Shown here: positions 16,672 through 24,076 of the stretch, in pieces
Position numbering within the stretch: the stretch's first letter is position 1
Layout of the letters: each line of letters begins with the position of its first letter
Assembly (NCBI GenBank): GCA_039801225.1
Contig: JBDRUH010000020.1
Span: forward strand, 1 to 24,097
Direction of reading: 5' to 3'
DNA from: a candidate division WOR-3 bacterium
Lineage (GTDB): Bacteria > Hydrothermota > Tepidihabitantia > Tepidihabitantales > Tepidihabitantaceae
Length of the DNA stretch: 24,097 bases
The notes under the pieces: model-generated
What the model saw: only the letters and a program-made list of their open reading frames with translations
Databases searched by the model: none
Told to the model about the DNA's origin: nothing
Program-made: the position numbers and the translations under genes

Positions 16672-17727
16672 TTATACTGTATCGCTGTCGGCATAACTGA
16701 GGAACCAAAAATTTCTGTTAAACAAAAGTGCCTCGTCTTTCAATGCCAGGGGACGCACACCAAAGTGAAGTTCAATGGGGCTAAGCCAAGAAGGAATATG
16801 AACAAATCCGGCGCGCCGGAAAACCGAATGGGTGGGTGAATTTTCTAAACTCATGCACAATGCCACATCGCAATTTTCTTGGCGAAAGTGTTTAATCGCG
16901 CAATCAAGCAACACCTTTCCTATTTCACTTTTCTCTGGTCGAAAGAGTAACTCCATTACATACCCAACTTTACCGCCGTGCTTTTCCATCATCCGGTAGA
17001 TGACCAGTCCCTCAAGTTTGTTTCCCTCATAATACCCCAGGGTGATGTAATGGGAATCAGGTCTATCGCGAAATCGCCAGTTCAAATATTCCTTTGTCCG
17101 GTTGATAGCAACGCCCACCGGTTGGGCAAATTCTTTCCACAGGTCGTCAACCTGATCATCAAACTCTTGGAGTGGAACAATCGGTTTCTTTACTTCCAAT
17201 GGTGTTACTGTAACGGGGTTTTCTTTGGGGGATGGACCACGGGAAATCAATTTGCGCAGTAAGTAGGTTAACTTAAGCGGCTTAATCAACTGGGGTATTG
17301 GGTCAAGCGAATGCCAATTGAGGCGATTGTAAAACCCGTGCACCGAGTTTCTGTTGGGGAAGCCGTAGACAAAAGCGATGCCCTCTTTCTCACATCTTTC
17401 GTAAACCATCTTCGCCAGTTTTACGAACAACCCTCTGCCACGGTAATTGACCCCTGTACGCGTGTCAAGAGACTGGCAGGCAAGACGAACCTGACCTTTT
17501 ATCCAAAAATACACGGGAAGGACGGCATAAACAGCGGCAAGTTTATTCACCACCGGGTCTATTGCGAAATCAACGAATAAGCCTTTACCGGGATTGGCAA
17601 GATATTGCCAACGAACATGGTTAAGAGTCTTGAATGAACCTTCTTCTATCCATAACCCGCGGAATAATTCCAAATCCTCATCGGTGGGTTGCATATGACG
17701 AACAATTAAATCATTGCTCACAGTCAT
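16672..17727 (-). CDS. Tandem-GNAT-fold acyltransferase (paralogue of 3786-4763)
   Basis: WQYLANP, QSLDTRTGVNYRGRGLF, YGFPN, YLNWRF and C-terminal ADSDTV. Start moved to ATG 17727, just after the upstream stop. Confidence 0.8.
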   Translation of the reverse strand: MTVSNDLIVRHMQPTDEDLELFRGLWIEEGSFKTLNHVRWQYLANPGKGLFVDFAIDPVVNKLAAVYAVLPVYFWIKGQVRLACQSLDTRTGVNYRGRGLFVKLAKMVYERCEKEGIAFVYGFPNRNSVHGFYNRLNWHSLDPIPQLIKPLKLTYLLRKLISRGPSPKENPVTVTPLEVKKPIVPLQEFDDQVDDLWKEFAQPVGVAINRTKEYLNWRFRDRPDSHYITLGYYEGNKLEGLVIYRMMEKHGGKVGYVMELLFRPEKSEIGKVLLDCAIKHFRQENCDVALCMSLENSPTHSVFRRAGFVHIPSWLSPIELHFGVRPLALKDEALLFNRNFWFLSYADSDTV

Positions 17728-17731
17728 TTGT

Positions 17732-18712
17732 TTATTGCATCCTATTGACAACTTCTGTGATTCCAAGACTTTCCATTCCAAAAGATTCGCGTAATTTAGA
17801 GAAATGGTCAAGAACTCGTTTCAAAACCGCAAGGTTTTCGTTAATATTAAGTCCAAAATTCTCCGGATGCCACCAGAGATGATAACCCAAGCCATTCCTG
17901 GCGGCATAAGTCATTTCGGAGACGATTCGTTTAAGGCGAATAGATTCAAATATTTTAAGCGCCGGACTCCAGGGTCTGAGGAACCGGCTTGCGGGAATAT
18001 TAACGGGAGTGGCGTTGTTTTCATTTTGGGGTAGACAAATATTATTGCCGGTTAAAGGGAAATAGAAATCCGCAAATCGTAAACCGCGCATCAATAACAT
18101 TCGCGGTTTGCTCTTTATGGTTTTATCAAATCCGTATTTGGGGAGACCGCGGTAAGCAATAAACCCCATTTTCCGAGAGATGCGCAAGTAGTCGGCACGA
18201 ATCTGGTTTCTGGGGAAAACGATTGAGTTCAACTGAATGCCGTAATGGGCGGCTGCTTTTTGAGCGGAAATCAGGTCATCTTGAAATGCTAAAGCGTCCT
18301 GACCGGGTTCCCAGCAGAAATAATGAGAAAAGGTGTGAGATGCGATCTCTTGATTAGGGTAGTTCATTATTTCCTTTATGAGCGATGGGGCATAATATAA
18401 TGGTGCCTCCTCTTCGTTTCTACCCACCAGTTGAATAAAATTATAGGGTGATATATTGGGATTGATATAAGCCGGTTTCTCTCTCGGCAATAATGCCATA
18501 AGTTCGTCACGATTGCGCGCAAAAAGACATCCCACAACCGCCCAGGTTGCATGAATCTGATAGTCAGCAAAGGTGCGTAAGATATGGGGAATTGCCTTCC
18601 GGGCACCGGTAAAATAATTCTTGTAGCGTTCTACCCGAACCGGATTGGCATTTACCCCCCACGCCAATTCAAAGTCAAGCGAAATGACGAGAAAAGGTTT
18701 AGATAGGCTCAT
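17732..18712 (-). CDS. CE4-like polysaccharide deacetylase (WalW-like)
   Basis: VISLDFELAWG, ATWAVVG, EIASHTFSH, SIVFPRNQ and HLWWHPENFG motifs. Confidence 0.88.
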   Translation of the reverse strand: MSLSKPFLVISLDFELAWGVNANPVRVERYKNYFTGARKAIPHILRTFADYQIHATWAVVGCLFARNRDELMALLPREKPAYINPNISPYNFIQLVGRNEEEAPLYYAPSLIKEIMNYPNQEIASHTFSHYFCWEPGQDALAFQDDLISAQKAAAHYGIQLNSIVFPRNQIRADYLRISRKMGFIAYRGLPKYGFDKTIKSKPRMLLMRGLRFADFYFPLTGNNICLPQNENNATPVNIPASRFLRPWSPALKIFESIRLKRIVSEMTYAARNGLGYHLWWHPENFGLNINENLAVLKRVLDHFSKLRESFGMESLGITEVVNRMQ

Positions 18713-18779
18713 TTATTTATTAAAAGATTCCGCCACTTTTGTCATTTTCGTATTAATTGTGAAAAATTTTTAAAGGCGC

Positions 18780-19790
18780 TCACTTTTTGAACCCTTCTGT
18801 CCAGAAGCCTTTGCTTTCCTTTTTCAATTTTGCCTTGAGCGGTTGCCACCAGTTTTGATTTTCTTCGTACCAGCGAACGGTCATTCTGATGCCTTCTTCA
18901 AAGGAAACCGATGGACGCCAGCCGAGTTCCTTTTCAATCTTTGAGTTGTCTAATGCATAGCGAAAGTCGTGTCCAGGTCGGTCCGGCACAAACTCAATCC
19001 AATCTTCGCCCCTCCCCATAACTTTTAAAATAGTATTAACAACTTCTATGTTGCGTTTTTGACAGAGTCCACCGATATTGTAGATTTCGCCTTCCCTGCC
19101 GGCAGTTAGGACATTAAGGATGGCCCGGCAGTTGTCCTCAACATAGAGCCAGTCCCGGACATTTTGACCTTGGGCATAGACCGGCACCTTTTTGCCTTCA
19201 ATGATATTGGTGATTGCTAAAGGAATTAACTTCTCCGGATATTGATAAGGACCGTAGTTGTTTGAAGGGCGGACAATAATAACCGGCAGTTTGTGGGTCT
19301 GGTAATATGCCTGAACAAGCAGGTCTGCTGCCGCTTTTGATGCGGCGTAGGGCGAGCGGGGGGCAAGAGGTGTATTTTCGGTAAAAAGACCTTCTTCCCC
19401 CAATGCACCGTAAACTTCATCAGTGGATATATGGATAAAGCGTTTGATGCCATAATTTAAGGCGGCATCAAGCAGGACCTGGGTGCCGACAACATTGGTG
19501 ATGATAAATGGTGCGGCATTGAGAATTGAGCGGTCAACATGACTCTCAGCAGCAAAGTGAATCACCACATCAGCACCCTTCATCGCCTTTTTAACAACTC
19601 CAGGCTCCTCAATCCTGCCACAAATGAATTGATATCTCGGACTATTTTCAAACTCCTTTAGGTTTTCCGGGTTACCCGCATAGGTTAGGGCATCAAGGTT
19701 GACAATATTATATTCAGGGTAGTGGGTCAGGATATAGCGGATGAAGTTAGAACCGATAAAGCCGCAACCGCCGGTGACTAGGAGGTTCAT
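18780..19790 (-). CDS. rfbB: dTDP-glucose 4,6-dehydratase
   Basis: VTGGCGFIGSNF, HFAAESHVDRSI, STDEVYG, YAASK and DRPGHDFRYA motifs. Confidence 0.96.
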   Translation of the reverse strand: MNLLVTGGCGFIGSNFIRYILTHYPEYNIVNLDALTYAGNPENLKEFENSPRYQFICGRIEEPGVVKKAMKGADVVIHFAAESHVDRSILNAAPFIITNVVGTQVLLDAALNYGIKRFIHISTDEVYGALGEEGLFTENTPLAPRSPYAASKAAADLLVQAYYQTHKLPVIIVRPSNNYGPYQYPEKLIPLAITNIIEGKKVPVYAQGQNVRDWLYVEDNCRAILNVLTAGREGEIYNIGGLCQKRNIEVVNTILKVMGRGEDWIEFVPDRPGHDFRYALDNSKIEKELGWRPSVSFEEGIRMTVRWYEENQNWWQPLKAKLKKESKGFWTEGFKK

Positions 19791-19812
19791 AGTTCAGGAT
19801 TTGTAGTTGTCA

Positions 19813-19847
19813 AAACCAGGAACTAAGGACCAAGACCCCATAACTAT
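19813..19847. repeat. 5 x 7-bp imperfect tandem repeat between rmlA and rmlB
   Basis: AAACCAG GAACTAA GGACCAA GACCCCA TAACTAT; shares units with 629-649. Confidence 0.65.
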
Positions 19848-20575
19848 TTTTTTGCCTTAACCTTTTCCTGTCTGACAAGCATTGTGGCGCGGAAAAATGA
19901 TTCAAATGTGCCGGCATCGGTCCACCAACCCTTGAGGATGTCATAGGTCATTGTGCCTTCCTTGATATAGGCATTATTAACATCGGTTATCTCCAGTTCA
20001 CCCCGGGCAGAGGGCTTTAAGGTCCTGATGATGTCAAACACCCGGTTGTCATACATATAAATTCCGGTTACCGCAAAGTTAGTCTTGGGTTTTGCCGGCT
20101 TCTCTTCAATCCCGATGATGCGGTCGCCAGCAAGTTCCGCAACACCAAAGCGAGAGGCATCCGGAACCTCTTTGAGGAGAATCTTTGCACCCTTGGGCTG
20201 AGAGGCAAACGATTGGACATAAGGGGTGATTTCATCCTCAAAGATGTTGTCGCCAAGAATGACAACAATCCGGTCCTGGGCGGCAAACTGCTCAGCAAGT
20301 CTTAGGGCATCGGCAATGCCACCCTCACCTTCCTGATAGGCATAGTGAAGGCGGTCAAGTCCAAAATCCTTCCCATTGCGCAGAAGACGGAGAAAATCGC
20401 CGGCGCTGTTGCCACCGGTTACAATCAATATGTCTTTTATCCCTGCCTGAATTAGTTTTCTAATCGGGTAGTAAATCATTGGCTCGTCATAGATGGGCAG
20501 AAGGTGCTTGTTGGTTACCCGGGTAACCGGCAACATCCGGGTGCCAAGACCACCGGCAAGGACAACACCCTTCAT
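19844..20575 (-). CDS. rmlA: Glucose-1-phosphate thymidylyltransferase (short SpsI-like form)
   Basis: MKGVVLAGGLGTRM, KHLLPIY, LGDNIF, EEKP, PSARGELEITD and WTDAGT; adjacent to rfbB. ATG 20575 preferred over TTG 20581. Confidence 0.9.
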   Translation of the reverse strand: MKGVVLAGGLGTRMLPVTRVTNKHLLPIYDEPMIYYPIRKLIQAGIKDILIVTGGNSAGDFLRLLRNGKDFGLDRLHYAYQEGEGGIADALRLAEQFAAQDRIVVILGDNIFEDEITPYVQSFASQPKGAKILLKEVPDASRFGVAELAGDRIIGIEEKPAKPKTNFAVTGIYMYDNRVFDIIRTLKPSARGELEITDVNNAYIKEGTMTYDILKGWWTDAGTFESFFRATMLVRQEKVKAKK

Positions 20576-20822
20576 AGGCAATTCCCTAATGACAGATGCC
20601 TCATTTCAACATTTAATACTAGGGCAGAAAACATTTATCATACCTTAGAATTAATAGATTTTTTCTCAAAGCATGATTTCCTATTTTTTTCATGCTTGAA
20701 ACAGATTACCGTGCGTGCCTCCAAAGGAGTGCCCAGCGGTGCTTAACCCTGGTCGAATTGGGCGACAATCTCCTTTGAATTCAAAACTCGGTTTACGAAC
20801 AATTTTTACCATAATGGTAACT

Positions 20823-20850
20823 AATATATATTTATTTTCAAATTTGTCAA
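20823..20850 (-). promoter_or_regulatory. Sigma70-type promoter for the polysaccharide operon
   Basis: Minus strand TTGACA (20850-20845), 16 nt spacer, TATATT (20828-20823). Confidence 0.65.
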
Positions 20851-20983
20851 CCACGTGCAACCTTACCTCATAAAATGTTTTTAAACGACACGTTTATTGT
20901 GGATGTATTCAAAGTTAGTCCCCTTTTTCTTATCGCAATCGTCCGTTCTATAAGAAGATGCTACTTTTTCGCCATCAGAAAAA

Positions 20984-21001
20984 TTCTACCTATAGGTAGA
21001 A
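20984..21001. promoter_or_regulatory. Perfect 18-bp palindrome, candidate operator
   Basis: TTCTACCTATAGGTAGAA is its own reverse complement and lies between divergent promoters. Confidence 0.45.
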
Positions 21002-21451
21002 AAATTACAACAGGGTTTTGATTGGTTATCTCTTTAATTTTCAAAATGTTATAGGAATGAATAATAATTTTAGACCCCAGCCCCCAGGCAGCCCCACAAA
21101 TTACCTTTTAAGTTAAAATTTAGGTTAGCCCCGAAATTGCCTTGCTCATAGTTCTTTAGAGTGCTTCTCCGATAATTTTGTCGGGAATTTATTAAATCGC
21201 GCCGATTTTGCTTCCGTCCATAATTGGCTAAGTAATTTTAAAGAAAATCCTTATAGTTCACTCTCAGAATTACCTTTATCTTAACCAATCAATTACTCAT
21301 TGGCATTTTCCACCCGGGTGGTTGCCAACTACAAACTCAGAACTATATAGCAAAAGGTGCGAATCAATTTATGGTCCTGACTGTTGACCGTGCGACAGAT
21401 GAAGGAAAACGGATACCGGTTTCCGGGAATGTCGCTTGACTTAGGCAAAAC

Positions 21452-21479
21452 TTGACATAGGGATTAATTTAGGTATAAT
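21452..21479 (+). promoter_or_regulatory. Consensus sigma70 promoter for the fibre operon
   Basis: TTGACA (21452-21457), 16 nt spacer, TATAAT (21474-21479). SD AGGAGG precedes ATG 21566. Confidence 0.8.
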
Positions 21480-21565
21480 ACACCTATATAATGAAATCCT
21501 CCTCAGATATGATGTGAGGGGGAGTGTTAAGTTAAAATAGTTTTTAAACCAAAAAGGAGGATTGT

Positions 21566-23236
21566 ATGAAAAGTGTAATAGCGATACTGATGCTGGTCTC
21601 ATGTATAGGATGGGCAGCAAACGAAGCGCCAACTATTCCTTCACAAAGCATAAATGCGAGTTCGACAAAAAACAGTGCTTCCGTAGGTCCGATGTTTTCC
21701 TTTGCGGGCAGACTTACTAATCAAGATGGCACGATTGTTCCCGACGGAAACTATCAGGTTACATTCAGGCTTTACAGGCAGGAAAACGATGGTGAATCCT
21801 ATTGGAGTGAAACTCAAACAGTGACGGTGAAGCGAGGCTTGTTTTTTGCGCTCTTAGGAACAGTTAATCCGATACCATTCATTCCTGATGACGGCAATTC
21901 CTATCTCAGCCTGCAGGTTGGCGGTGAACCGGAATTGAGCCCAAGGCTAAGGATTCTCAGCGCTCCCTATGCTTATTTTGCCAAAAGAGCGGATACGGCA
22001 AACTATGTTGCTATGTTCCAGAGTGATAATGATAGTGATTGGGTCAGAGGAACACCGGATAGCGTTCTTTTTACCGTGCATCAACTCGGCATCGCCCGGG
22101 GTGGTTCAGGAAATACCATTTACGGCAACATGCGCCATACTCACATAAACCTTGGTAACAATAGCCAGACAGGTACACTTGACCTTAATGAGGGATATTG
22201 CACTGTTGGGGGCGGATACTATAACGCGGCAACAAAGACTTATGCTACAGTTGCCGGAGGTGATAGTAACTTTGCCACTGGGGTTGGCTCTACCATAGCT
22301 GGTGGTAAATATAACAAGGCTACTGGTGAAAATGCTACTATTGGTGGTGGATGGTTTCATGATGCAACTGGCTATGCGGCAACGGTTGGCGGTGGTGGAG
22401 ACAACACCGCCAGTGGTACCCATTCTACAGTCTCGGGCGGATTTCGTAATGTAGCCTCTGGTCAATATACTACGGTTGGCGGTGGTTCCTTTAATACCGC
22501 AAGTGCAAATTATGGTGTGGTAACCGGCGGAATGTATAATCATGCCAATGGTCCGTACTCAGGGATTGTTGCCGGCATTAGAGATACTGTAGTTGGTTAC
22601 TATGCTTTTGCCACAAACTCCTATTCTAAGGTTCCTTATGGTTACAATAATTCTGCTGCCTTTAATGGTCAAACCGCTACCGCATCCAACCAGTTGCGTT
22701 GTGGCACGCTGTCAAAAGCCGGCGGTTCTTTCACAATTGACCATCCGCTTGACCCGTACAACAAAATCCTTAATCATTACTTTGTGGAATCTCCTCAGAT
22801 GCCTAATCTTTACTACGGTTCAGTGGTAATTGGTGCTAACGGTCGTGCAGAAGTCCAGCTGCCAGATTACTTTAGTGCCTTAAATCGCAATCCAATGGTC
22901 CAGCTTACCGGTGTGGGCACTGCTAATGTCTATCTTGCTGAGGACATTAATGGTAACCGTTTTGTTGTTGCAGGACCACCCGGAACCAAGGTTTATTGGA
23001 CTGCCATGGGAGAACGTCAGGATGTTGCTGCAGAAGCAATCAGGCGATTGATGCCGGTTGAGCAAATCAAGAATAGTGAACTTCGTGGTAGGGTGCTGGA
23101 TGACGAGTTCCTCGCCGGTTGTATGGAGCAACTTGAGCGTGAAGGTAAGGCAGAGGGTTTAAACTTCCGCACTACAGCAGGCAAAGAGCGTTATGAAGCG
23201 CTGAAGAAAATAATGCAGCAAGAGTTCGCAAGATAA
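21566..23236 (+). CDS. Secreted tail-fibre/adhesin-like protein with 15-aa Gly-rich repeats
   Basis: Signal peptide; N-terminal FAGRLT..DGNYQVTFRLY..WSETQTVTV..GLF..LG domain; nine xxTVxGGxxNxAxGx repeats (about 22196-22600); C-terminal GSFTIDHPLDP..L.H.FVESP domain resembling phage fibre C-termini. Confidence 0.7.
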   Translation: MKSVIAILMLVSCIGWAANEAPTIPSQSINASSTKNSASVGPMFSFAGRLTNQDGTIVPDGNYQVTFRLYRQENDGESYWSETQTVTVKRGLFFALLGTVNPIPFIPDDGNSYLSLQVGGEPELSPRLRILSAPYAYFAKRADTANYVAMFQSDNDSDWVRGTPDSVLFTVHQLGIARGGSGNTIYGNMRHTHINLGNNSQTGTLDLNEGYCTVGGGYYNAATKTYATVAGGDSNFATGVGSTIAGGKYNKATGENATIGGGWFHDATGYAATVGGGGDNTASGTHSTVSGGFRNVASGQYTTVGGGSFNTASANYGVVTGGMYNHANGPYSGIVAGIRDTVVGYYAFATNSYSKVPYGYNNSAAFNGQTATASNQLRCGTLSKAGGSFTIDHPLDPYNKILNHYFVESPQMPNLYYGSVVIGANGRAEVQLPDYFSALNRNPMVQLTGVGTANVYLAEDINGNRFVVAGPPGTKVYWTAMGERQDVAAEAIRRLMPVEQIKNSELRGRVLDDEFLAGCMEQLEREGKAEGLNFRTTAGKERYEALKKIMQQEFAR

Positions 23237-23245
23237 GGAGGAGCA

Positions 23246-23800
23246 ATGAAAATTCATCTCGGCTCCTACCTTAAAATCTGCTGTGCGGTTTTAGCCTTTT
23301 CATCCCTACTCGCTGCTCAAACCTATCGGTGCGATTGGCAGGTGATTAGTAGCGGTAGTTGTGAAATGTCTGGTGCTTACCGTTGTCTCGCAACTGTGGG
23401 TCAAACTGCTACCGGAATTGTCTCGGACGAAAACATTATGGCTTACATTGGATTCTGGGTTCCTGAAGTTACTACCGGAATACAGGAGAGAGGGAAATTC
23501 TTCTGGGAAACAAATGCGGTTAAAGAAACAAAGCTCTACCCACCAATGCCCAACCCTTTTTCTCGTGTAACCCAAATCCGATATACCCTCAACGCTGAAT
23601 GTCATACGCTTATCGAGATTTGTGATATAACCGGGAGAGTGGTGAGGCAGTTAGTAAGTTCAACCCAGAAGCCAGGAAGGTATTCTGTTCTATGGGATGG
23701 AAAGGATTTTTCCAGCAGAACTGTTGCCAATGGTGTCTACTTCTGCCGATTTAGTGCTGGTGATTACGAGCGCAACAGCAAAATCGTCCTCAGACATTAA
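23246..23800 (+). CDS. Small secreted protein with C-terminal FlgD-Ig/T9SS type A-like sorting domain
   Basis: Signal peptide ending LAAQ; W.VI.SG...Y...TVGQ...GFW N-domain; PNPF..T.IRY.L...I.D.TGR.VR.L...PGRY...WDG.D...V.NGVYF C-domain; SD AGGAGG. Confidence 0.8.
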   Translation: MKIHLGSYLKICCAVLAFSSLLAAQTYRCDWQVISSGSCEMSGAYRCLATVGQTATGIVSDENIMAYIGFWVPEVTTGIQERGKFFWETNAVKETKLYPPMPNPFSRVTQIRYTLNAECHTLIEICDITGRVVRQLVSSTQKPGRYSVLWDGKDFSSRTVANGVYFCRFSAGDYERNSKIVLRH

Positions 23801-23815
23801 GGTTAATTGTTAGTT

Positions 23816-23863
23816 TAACCGCGGAGGCAGAGGTTTAAACCTCTGCCTCCGCCGAGACGGTTA
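23816..23863 (+). terminator. Strong hairpin after the fibre operon, probable terminator
   Basis: GCGGAGGCAGAGGTTTAAACCTCTGCCTCCGC (23821-23852) is a perfect 32-bp palindrome, with outer TAACC/GGTTA. The U-tract is weak. Confidence 0.6.
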
Positions 23864-24042
23864 TATTGCTACCTAAGTAAGACTAAATACTACTTTCACC
23901 CGGCATTTTTCCAAAAAGCAAGCAGAAGAAATTCTTGCTGATTGACTAATTTTTTGTTAATTCCGGGGTAAGGGCAGTGTAGTCAAGAAATCTTTCTCTA
24001 AGTTGCCCAAAAGCCTCTCTCGTGACAATAAAAATGGTGAAC

Positions 24043-24070
24043 TTGACATAATTAATGTTGTAGTTATTGT
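24043..24070 (+). promoter_or_regulatory. Sigma70-type promoter for the next gene
   Basis: TTGACA (24043-24048), 16 nt spacer, TATTGT (24065-24070); ATG follows 6 nt later. Confidence 0.55.
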
Positions 24071-24076
24071 AGGATT

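Noticed and set aside
17728..17811. N-terminal extension of the GNAT in the ORF track
   Set aside because: It overlaps the deacetylase by 80 nt; ATG 17727 just after that stop codon is more plausible.
18780..20575. dTDP-L-rhamnose pathway
   Set aside because: rmlC and rmlD are absent from the window; vioA and vioB better explain the use of the RmlB product.
3165..20746. Numerous 60-156 aa antisense or alternate-frame ORFs within the operon
   Set aside because: They overlap well-supported genes and show no recognisable motifs; treated as shadow ORFs.
20700..20790. Known riboswitch (c-di-GMP-II or ZTP, suggested by CTGGGCAC)
   Set aside because: The other conserved segments of those aptamers are not recognisable; kept only as an unassigned structured leader.
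21039..21051. IHF-like site TTTCAAAATGTTA
   Set aside because: One mismatch to a degenerate consensus in AT-rich DNA; not distinguishable from chance.
21566..23236. Prophage or tailocin remnant
   Set aside because: The protein has a signal peptide and host-type promoter and partner, and no other phage genes are present.
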